From Crocosphaera subtropica ATCC 51142 (GTDB lineage: Bacteria; Cyanobacteriota; Cyanobacteriia; Cyanobacteriales; Microcystaceae): a stretch of DNA of 32,000 bases. Location of the stretch: assembly GCF_000017845.1 (NCBI RefSeq), contig NC_010546.1, positions 2,100,001 to 2,132,000 on the forward strand, in the 5' to 3' direction. Shown here one piece after another: positions 9,624-16,845 of this stretch; position 1 is the first letter of the stretch; each line of letters begins with the position of its first letter. Made by a program: the position numbers and the translations under genes. The notes beneath the pieces were generated by a model that saw only the letters and a list, made by a program, of their open reading frames with translations, ran no database searches and had not been told where the DNA came from.

Positions 9624-10883
9624 ATGTTTAACTTTATTCCTGCTGAAGTTTTAAAACTATTATTAGTTTTCTTTTTATCTTTTTTGATTGGTTTAGAGAG
9701 AGAAGAATGGAAGTCTATTTCTGGTAAATATGCCTTTGGGGGAATTCGGACTTATCCTTTAATTGGTTTAATTGGCTATAGCATGGCTTCCCTTTCTAAT
9801 TATCAAATGTTGCCGTTAACAGCAGGATTTCTTGTCATTGGAAGCTTAATGTTGTTGTCCTATTGGCATAAGATTCAAACCTCTAAAACAGCCGGTTTAA
9901 CCACAGAAATGGTAGGATTAACCACTTATATTGTCGGCGCACTTGTCTTTCATGACCAATTGTGGATAGCCTCGACTTTAGTGATTACCAGTTTACTCTT
10001 ATTAGAATTAAAATCTGTATTAGAAAGTTTAGCTCATCAATTTTCCCCTGAAGATATTTTAACCTTCACAAAATTTTTATTTCTTACCGCCGTTATTCTT
10101 CCTATTCTTCCTAACAAAAATTTTGGTATTTTTGAGATTAATCCTTTCAAGACTTGGTTAATTGTGGTTGCAGTAAGTGGAATTTCTTACGCTAGTTTTA
10201 TTTTACAAAAAGTTTTTAAAAACCGTGGTGGACTGATATTAATTGCTATATTAGGGGGTGCTTACTCTTCTACTGTTACTACCGTAGCATTAGCGAAACA
10301 ATCCACCAGCAATGCTTATTCTTATCCCTATTCAGGGGGCATTTTAATCGCTTCTGGTATTATGTATTTTAGGTTAGCTTTACTCATTAATTTATTTAAT
10401 CCTCAATTGGGAAAGGAATTAACCTTATGGTTTGGTTTATTAGCTGTTACGGCTATTACTATTGGGAGTTTTTGGTCTTCACGAAAAGATAAAAATATAA
10501 CTGAGTCTATCCAGCAAAAAACTGAAATTTCTCCTAATCCTTTAGAATTAAAAGCAGCTTTTTTCTTTGCTTTTTTATTTATAATTATGATTGTTTTAAC
10601 TCATTATACAGCCTTATACTTAGGACGTAGTGGACTATATTTATTAGCTGGAATTATGGGAGTAACAGACATTGATCCTTTTATTTTAGGTATTACTCAA
10701 TCTGCCGGACAATTGACTTCTTTCTCAGTCGCTTCAGGAGCCATTTTAATTGCAGCATCAAGCAATAATTTAATCAAAGGAATCTATGCCTTAATCTTTA
10801 GCGATCGCCGAACAGGTGGACAGAGTTTAACATTATTATGCCTCTTAGCACTTTTAGGACTAATCCCATTATGGTTTGTTTAA
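9624..10883 (+). CDS. MgtC/SapB-family N-terminal domain fused to a DUF4010-like polytopic membrane domain
   Basis: N-terminal LLLVFFLSFLIGLEREEWKS...GIRTYPLIGLIG (MgtC-type), followed by about 10 further hydrophobic helices. Confidence 0.7.
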   Translation: MFNFIPAEVLKLLLVFFLSFLIGLEREEWKSISGKYAFGGIRTYPLIGLIGYSMASLSNYQMLPLTAGFLVIGSLMLLSYWHKIQTSKTAGLTTEMVGLTTYIVGALVFHDQLWIASTLVITSLLLLELKSVLESLAHQFSPEDILTFTKFLFLTAVILPILPNKNFGIFEINPFKTWLIVVAVSGISYASFILQKVFKNRGGLILIAILGGAYSSTVTTVALAKQSTSNAYSYPYSGGILIASGIMYFRLALLINLFNPQLGKELTLWFGLLAVTAITIGSFWSSRKDKNITESIQQKTEISPNPLELKAAFFFAFLFIIMIVLTHYTALYLGRSGLYLLAGIMGVTDIDPFILGITQSAGQLTSFSVASGAILIAASSNNLIKGIYALIFSDRRTGGQSLTLLCLLALLGLIPLWFV

Positions 10884-11474
10884 AAAAAAGTATGTTATAC
10901 CAATTCTCAAAAGTTACTAGAGACTTAATAAATATTCCTTTTCCTTTATCTCCCCTGTTCCCTCTGCTTACCTCAACGAATAATCTTTTATCTGAGAGGG
11001 ACGATTTTCAATGAAGTTCGGTGGTTGGGAATACTCTCTTTTATGAAGGTTTTTATCGTTGAGTTAATTATCTTGTCTACTATGTAGGGGAAGCAACTCA
11101 GTATTTTGTGACTTATGATACGATAATAAGGAGAAGAATAAATGGACTTCCCTAGAATTGAAAGGATTGAAGGCTGAGAGGAGTGAGTACATAGTTTTTC
11201 CTAACCCAAGTTGCCTTATCGTTTATTATGGCATCGATTAAGAGAATGCCAAAAGCGTCGACAACGGTTTTCAGGATTTTTGTTAAGGATAGATCCGTCA
11301 GAGTTTCCAACCGACTGTGTCCTTAGTAGGCGTATCGTATAAACGTTAAAGGTTGACTGATATCTCAATTACTTTAAGTTAAATTGTCTTAGTTATGACA
11401 AGAGACGGGACTGCTCTGAATTAACTAAGCAAATGGTTCACTTTACACTTCTTTTAGTTTTTGGAGTTAATCTA

Positions 11475-11771
11475 ATGAAACGCTCTATCATTAGCTTACT
11501 TGCTTTGTCTACCATCGGTTTATTAACGTTACCTGCTTTAGCCGATGATGCCACTATCCAACGATCAGACCAAGTCTCAACCCAAGAAGGCAACAGAAAC
11601 ACTGCTATCCAAGATAGTTCTCAAAGCAATATTAACCGAGGTCGTAATCGCCGAGGGGAAGACACAGGAACAGTACAAGAAAGTTACCAAGATACGTTAC
11701 AACAAGGCAGCGATAACGTCAGTGTTCAAGAAAGCGATCAAAGAAATGTTCGTGATACTCGTAGACGTTAA
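11475..11771 (+). CDS. Small secreted Q/S/N/R-rich protein of unknown function (98 aa from the SD-preceded ATG; the track ORF starts at 11433)
   Basis: GGAG lies 8 nt upstream of the ATG at 11475. The signal peptide is MKRSIISLLALSTIGLLTLPALA|DD. The mature part has no hydrophobic core and carries three motif copies starting at G39, G61 and G78. Confidence 0.65.
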   Translation: MKRSIISLLALSTIGLLTLPALADDATIQRSDQVSTQEGNRNTAIQDSSQSNINRGRNRRGEDTGTVQESYQDTLQQGSDNVSVQESDQRNVRDTRRR

Positions 11772-12092
11772 TTCTCTTCTAAAATTTGACTGAATTTTCT
11801 TCAGTTAGATGTTAAACCTGGTTTATGTTTGTAGGGAGGATTTTACAGGTATTTTGGGGGTAGGGTAACCGATAAAAAATGTTGCTTACCCAGAAAACAA
11901 GCAAACAACATTTCTGTCTTTACAGTGTTTCTTTTCGTTTTTTGGAGTTGCCTCCTAGCCCCAGTGTATCATTTATTTCATGGCATCGTCTATGAGACTA
12001 ATCCAGCAAAGGACACAACCCTGAGTTCTCAAGACAATCGGCCAAGAAATGTTAGCCATCCTAGACCTGAATTCTCCATAAACAATTAGTTC

Positions 12093-12140
12093 TAGGGGTT
12101 AGACTTGGGGGTTAACACCGCACGAAGGGTCTAACCTCTG
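12093..12140 (+). promoter_or_regulatory. Leader hairpin ahead of the 12171 gene
   Basis: Core stem GGTTAGAC(12097-12104)/GTCTAACC(12129-12136) extends to ~12 bp with G:U pairs, has a 24-nt loop, and ends 30 nt before the ATG. Confidence 0.25.
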
Positions 12141-12170
12141 GATTCTGTTGACTGATGTGAGGTAATAAAC

Positions 12171-12527
12171 ATGAAATTAATGAAGCTTGTCTTTAGTATG
12201 GCTACGCTATTAATTTTTCTGCCGATCAATGTTCAAGGGGAACCCACTGATGTTCAAGCAGGAAATGTCAGGATTCTTCGAGAACCCAATGGCAACATTG
12301 AGATTAATACAGGAGAAACACAACTGAGTGTTCCTGGAAACTCAAGAACAAGGAACAGTGATGATTATTCCCTAGAGGATAGGGAGATGAATTCCTCAAC
12401 TTCTAGACAAACAATTCGTAATACTCGCTGTGATAATAGCCGTGTTTCCTCCCATCAAACCAGTCGGGTTCGGGGATCAAATCGAACAGTAAGACAAACC
12501 AGTGTTTTAACGAATACTTGTCCGTAA
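12171..12527 (+). CDS. Small secreted S/T/R/N-rich protein of unknown function
   Basis: GAGGT Shine-Dalgarno and signal peptide MKLMKLVFSMATLLIFLPINVQG|E. The C-terminal half is low complexity with two Cys (RCDNS...TNTCP). Confidence 0.6.
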   Translation: MKLMKLVFSMATLLIFLPINVQGEPTDVQAGNVRILREPNGNIEINTGETQLSVPGNSRTRNSDDYSLEDREMNSSTSRQTIRNTRCDNSRVSSHQTSRVRGSNRTVRQTSVLTNTCP

Positions 12528-12545
12528 GACTTCTAGGAGGTTACG

Positions 12546-12917
12546 ATGAAATTAACTTATTTGAGTGCTGGTTTACTATCAGTTACTAGCTTATTCTGTT
12601 TGACTTTGGTTAACCCTGAGTTGGCCTCTGCTCAATGTGTACAGTCCCATACAGGGGTTCAGGTTCACATGGGACAAACCCCGGCAGAACAAACCCATAA
12701 TACTCGATTTGAAAACCAAGGTGATTGTACAGGTAATGCCAGTTCAACAACTTCAACCCAGGTTCAAGTTGGAGGAGACAATGTGCGTCAACATCAAGAA
12801 TCTCGCCATCAAACCCGTGGGAGTAGTCGAAATCCTTCTGGGGTGAGTGGACCGACGGTAAGTGTTGATACTGTTGCTCCTGTTGACGTTCAAACCCCTG
12901 AAAATTTTCCTTACTAA
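12546..12917 (+). CDS. Small secreted Q/S/T-rich protein of unknown function
   Basis: Strong AGGAGG SD 6 nt upstream and signal peptide ...NPELASA|QC. It shares GGDNVRQHQES and HQTRGSSRN-type strings with the two preceding small proteins. Confidence 0.65.
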   Translation: MKLTYLSAGLLSVTSLFCLTLVNPELASAQCVQSHTGVQVHMGQTPAEQTHNTRFENQGDCTGNASSTTSTQVQVGGDNVRQHQESRHQTRGSSRNPSGVSGPTVSVDTVAPVDVQTPENFPY

Positions 12918-12975
12918 CTTTAGTTAGTCTGCTAATGTGTGTTGTTAATACACATTAGCTAGTTGTTGTTGAGGA

Positions 12976-13548
12976 ATGATCATGAACAACAAAAAAAATT
13001 TTATACTCTTTTCAGTTTTTGGAGCTTTATTGGTAATTATAATTACTCTTATTAATCAAGCAACTGAAGGATTTTTGAGTCAATTCCCAGTCATTAATGA
13101 CAACAATAAAGCCATTGAGGTTGACAAAAAAGAGACTGACCTTGAGATGAGAGAGGAACCAACTAGACCGATGAATCAGCATTCAATGGATAATATAGCT
13201 ACTCTAATCTCTCAATCTTATCAAGAACAACAAACTCAAATTAGTCTCAGTCAATATGAGCTAAATCGTCCCTATACGTTAACCATTAAAACAAGTAATC
13301 AAGGAACCCAATTACAAGGAGAAATTCGGCTGAATGGTCGATCTATTCAATCATTGAATCAACATCAAACTGTGATTAATTTATCCCCTTATTTGCAGGT
13401 AGGAAAACAGATGATTGAAATCTCAGGGAACTATACACCGATCAATGACTCAATTATCATTGAACTCAAAAGTCAAAATAGCCAAACCAGTCAAACCACC
13501 AGTGGAACTGGACAACTGCAACAACGGTTAATTATTAATGTAGAATAA
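12976..13548 (+). CDS. N-terminally membrane-anchored protein of unknown function
   Basis: GAGGA SD and a single N-terminal hydrophobic helix (FILFSVFGALLVIIITLI). The C-terminal ~90 aa have an alternating beta-strand-like pattern (YTLTIKTS..GEIRLNGRSI..INLSPYLQVGKQMIEISG..IIIELK). Confidence 0.6.
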   Translation: MIMNNKKNFILFSVFGALLVIIITLINQATEGFLSQFPVINDNNKAIEVDKKETDLEMREEPTRPMNQHSMDNIATLISQSYQEQQTQISLSQYELNRPYTLTIKTSNQGTQLQGEIRLNGRSIQSLNQHQTVINLSPYLQVGKQMIEISGNYTPINDSIIIELKSQNSQTSQTTSGTGQLQQRLIINVE

Positions 13549-13568
13549 GGAAAATTTTTGGTTGATCC

Positions 13569-14669
13569 ATGAATCAAAATCTTAATTGGGTTGGTTTTAC
13601 TTCAATGACGGTGGTGAGTTTAACCGCTTTTACTGCTAATGCTCAAATTCCCCAAACTGCCATTCAAGAAGTTCTGATTCAAGGAAGTTCTAATGAAGTG
13701 AATCAACAATTAACACAGACATTTTTCTTGAATTTTGTTTACTTGCCTCAGATAGAACCGTCAGATATTCCTGAGTTAAACATTCAAGGTTCTTTTTTGG
13801 ATAATACTAATAATGAAGTTATACAACAAATTGGAAAAACGGTTTTAGATTTTCCTTTAGTCGAAAGTCGTTTAACGAGTTTTTCCATTGAAGATTTTGT
13901 CAATCATGATGGGACGCTGAATGGAAACCAATACAGTACCCAACAAGCTTTAATCGGTAATAGTCAAGAAACGAATAATCAAAATAATACAATTAGCCAA
14001 ATTAGTTATCAAACCTTAACTAATTTTTTCTGGTTAGATGATTCTAGTGGGATGACAGGGGAAGAAAACTTTAATCAATTTTTAGAGAAACTTCTTACCC
14101 ATCAAAAGCTAGATTCTCTACAATTTAGTTTACAGGATGCTATTGTTTATGGGGATAATAATATTATTAGCCAAACCGTTGAGCAAACCTTTCATCATTT
14201 TATTTTGACAAATCAAACTTTAGATTTTTCGTCTGAGTTAAATGATCTTGATCCTTCTTTGGGATTAGATCCTATTCAGTTTCTGATTCAAGAGACATTT
14301 ACCATTGATCCGAGTAATAATATCAGTGCAAACAATTTAGTCACTCAACGTATTAATCAATTGATTGGCGGAACTTCTTTTTTTAATACTAATTCACTCC
14401 ACTCAGTTTTACCAAGTTCTCAGCTTTCAGAGGTTGAAACAAACTCTTTAGTTGATTTTGATATCGATGCCTTTATTGAAGCGATTTTAAATGATATAAC
14501 CATTGCAACAACCCAAATTAGTCGTCAAACATCGGAGATATTGGGAGATGAGAACGAGGTATTTCAGAGTAATACCCAGGTTCTTGTCACCACTGTTCCT
14601 GAGCCAAATAGCCTAAAAATGTTACTATCAATGGCAATCATGGGAGCGATCGCTCTACTTCGTAAATGA
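13569..14669 (+). CDS. PEP-CTERM-anchored secreted repeat protein of unknown function
   Basis: Signal peptide (..LTAFTANA|Q). The C-terminal VPEP + hydrophobic helix (LKMLLSMAIMGAIALL) + RK is the PEP-CTERM exosortase sorting signal. Six copies of x-x-x-N-x-[VI]-x-Q-x-x-x-[QK] occur, four of them spaced exactly 58 aa apart. Confidence 0.8.
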   Translation: MNQNLNWVGFTSMTVVSLTAFTANAQIPQTAIQEVLIQGSSNEVNQQLTQTFFLNFVYLPQIEPSDIPELNIQGSFLDNTNNEVIQQIGKTVLDFPLVESRLTSFSIEDFVNHDGTLNGNQYSTQQALIGNSQETNNQNNTISQISYQTLTNFFWLDDSSGMTGEENFNQFLEKLLTHQKLDSLQFSLQDAIVYGDNNIISQTVEQTFHHFILTNQTLDFSSELNDLDPSLGLDPIQFLIQETFTIDPSNNISANNLVTQRINQLIGGTSFFNTNSLHSVLPSSQLSEVETNSLVDFDIDAFIEAILNDITIATTQISRQTSEILGDENEVFQSNTQVLVTTVPEPNSLKMLLSMAIMGAIALLRK

Positions 14670-14693
14670 CAGTTTTTCTCTATTTTTGAAATA

Positions 14694-16799
14694 ATGCTCA
14701 AGTTTTTTGTTGATCGTGGTGGTACTTTTACCGATATTGTTGCAGTTATTAATGACTCAAGCCTTATTGAGCAATTATCCCAAAAATCAGAACCGTTTTT
14801 AATGGCATCTTTACCCCATCACACATGGATAGTTGTTTATAAATTGCTTTCAGAAAATCCTGAACGTTATCAAGATGCTGTCATTCAAGGGATTAGAGAT
14901 ATATTATGTCTTGATGATCATCAACCTATCCCCACAGAAACAATAGAAGTGGTCAAAATGGGGACAACCGTTGCCACCAATGCTTTACTGGAAAGAAAAG
15001 GCGATCGCACTGTTTTATTAATAACAAAAGGGTTCAAAGATGCCCTGAAAATTGGTTATCAAAACCGTCCTAATATTTTTGCCCGTCACATTGTTTTACC
15101 TTCTATGTTGTATGAGTCGGTTATCGAAGTAGAAGAAAGATATGATCGGGATGGTAAGGAATTAATTCCCGTTAACTTAGAGAAAGTAAGAGACAATTTA
15201 AAAGAAATTTACGATCAAGGAATCAGAAGTTGTGCCATTGTTTTCATGCACAGTTATCGTTATCCCAACCATGAAAATCAAGTGGCTGAAATTGCCAAAA
15301 AGATGGGATTTACTCAGATTTCAATTTCTCATCAAGTTAGTCCTTTGATGAAACTGGTTTCTAGGGGAGATACTACAGTGGTTGATGCTTATTTATCCCC
15401 TATTTTAAGACGCTATGTTGATCAAGTTTCTAGTCAATTACCCAACACAAAGTTGATGTTTATGAAATCCGATGGCGGATTAATTGATGCCCATAAATTT
15501 CAAGGAAAAGACAGTATCTTATCCGGTCCAGCAGGGGGAATTGTTGGGGCAGTCCAAACCAGTTTAAGAGCAGGATTTCAAGGAATTATTACTTTTGATA
15601 TGGGCGGAACTAGCACCGATGTCGCCCATTTTAAAGGAGAATATGAACGGCAATTAGATAATGAAATTGCTGGTGCTAGAATGCGAGTTCCAGTCTTAAG
15701 TATTCACACCGTTGCTGCTGGTGGAGGTTCTATTTTATACTTCGATGGTGCTAGTTTTAAGGTTGGTCCAGACTCTGCTGGTGCTAACCCTGGACCCGCT
15801 TGTTACCGTCGTGGAGGCCCATTAACAGTAACAGATGCTAATGTTATGTTAGGGAAAATTCAGCCTCACTATTTTCCTCATATTTTTGGAAAAGAGGGAA
15901 ACTTACCATTAGACAAAGAAATCGTGAATAATAAGTTTTTAGACTTATCTCAAGAAATTTATCAATCTACGAATCATCAAAATAGTCCTGAAAACATAGC
16001 AGCAGGATTTATTAAAATTGCTGTCGAAAATATGGCTAATGCTATTAAAAAAATTAGCTTACAAAGAGGATATGATGTCACTCATTACACCTTATGTACT
16101 TTTGGGGGGGCAGGGGGTCAGGTTGCTTGTTTAATTGCCGATACACTGGGTATCAAAACCATATTCTTGCATCCTTATGCTGGTGGTTTAAGTGCTTATG
16201 GAATGGGCTTGGCTGATATCAGAGTAATTAAAGAAAGTTCTCTCGAAAAACCCTTAAATGAAGACATAATTAGCGAATTAAAACCAATGATTAATGAGTT
16301 AGAAAATCAAGCAAGAAATGAACTAGATGAACACGAATCGATTAAGGGAGAAACAATTGTTCCCAAAGTCAGTTTAAAATATCAAGGAACCGACTCAACT
16401 TTACTCGTTGATTTTTCTGATAATATTACACTGATGCAGAAATCTTTTGAAGATGAACATCAATTAAGATATGGTTTCATTCAACCTCAAAAAATGCTGA
16501 TTGTAGAATCCATTTCTGTCGAGATTATTCAAATTATGGATAGTCCTGATGAACCCTTAATAACTCGTATTCGTCCTTTAGATGAGTTACCTAAACCCCT
16601 AGAAATTGTTAACGTTTTTACCGACAATCAATGGCAAGATACCCCCATTTTCCAACGAGAAGATTTACAACCTCAAGATAATATTAAAGGTCCAGCCATT
16701 ATAATTGAAAAGATTAGCACCATTATGATTGAACCTCATTGGACGGCCCGATTAACTGAGTATAATCATTTGATTTTAGAACGGGATTATAATTACTGA
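14694..16799 (+). CDS. Hydantoinase A / 5-oxoprolinase N-terminal-type (HyuA-like) protein, with no HyuB part
   Basis: MLKFFVDRGGTFTDIVA, MGTTVATNALLERKG, DMGGTSTDV and TFGGAGGQ are hydantoinase/oxoprolinase (acetate/sugar-kinase fold) signatures. The ORF stops at 701 aa and the next gene is convergent. Confidence 0.85.
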   Translation: MLKFFVDRGGTFTDIVAVINDSSLIEQLSQKSEPFLMASLPHHTWIVVYKLLSENPERYQDAVIQGIRDILCLDDHQPIPTETIEVVKMGTTVATNALLERKGDRTVLLITKGFKDALKIGYQNRPNIFARHIVLPSMLYESVIEVEERYDRDGKELIPVNLEKVRDNLKEIYDQGIRSCAIVFMHSYRYPNHENQVAEIAKKMGFTQISISHQVSPLMKLVSRGDTTVVDAYLSPILRRYVDQVSSQLPNTKLMFMKSDGGLIDAHKFQGKDSILSGPAGGIVGAVQTSLRAGFQGIITFDMGGTSTDVAHFKGEYERQLDNEIAGARMRVPVLSIHTVAAGGGSILYFDGASFKVGPDSAGANPGPACYRRGGPLTVTDANVMLGKIQPHYFPHIFGKEGNLPLDKEIVNNKFLDLSQEIYQSTNHQNSPENIAAGFIKIAVENMANAIKKISLQRGYDVTHYTLCTFGGAGGQVACLIADTLGIKTIFLHPYAGGLSAYGMGLADIRVIKESSLEKPLNEDIISELKPMINELENQARNELDEHESIKGETIVPKVSLKYQGTDSTLLVDFSDNITLMQKSFEDEHQLRYGFIQPQKMLIVESISVEIIQIMDSPDEPLITRIRPLDELPKPLEIVNVFTDNQWQDTPIFQREDLQPQDNIKGPAIIIEKISTIMIEPHWTARLTEYNHLILERDYNY

Positions 16800-16838
16800 C
16801 ATCTTGCACGGCTTACCAACAAACTTAATAATTAAGAT
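16794..16838 (+). repeat. Partial copy of the left part of the 19.4-kb element
   Basis: TACTGACATCTTGCAC...AAACTTAATAA aligns with 19420..19463 at about 34 of 44 columns by eye. It overlaps the hyuA-like stop codon. Confidence 0.45.
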
Positions 16839-16845
16839 TAACTAT

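Noticed and set aside
11165-11335. 56-codon open minus-strand frame (..LETLTDLSLTKILKTVVDAFGILLIDAIINDKATW..) as a possible gene relic in the 550-bp intergenic region
   Set aside because: It has no start codon and a stop lies immediately upstream. I recognise no motif, and an open frame of this length is not rare by chance at this GC content (rough estimate a few percent per frame).
11545-11793. 82-aa + strand ORF; likewise 12637..12846
   Set aside because: These are alternative frames inside the signal-peptide-bearing ORFs. They have no SD and no signal peptide, so the overlapping frames with export signals are preferred.
11475-14669. A bona fide curli (csgA/csgB) locus
   Set aside because: The motif spacing (G0-N3-Q7-Q11) differs from the curlin repeat. 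There are no CsgG/E/F-like genes, and the last protein uses PEP-CTERM sorting. I kept it only as a loose analogy.
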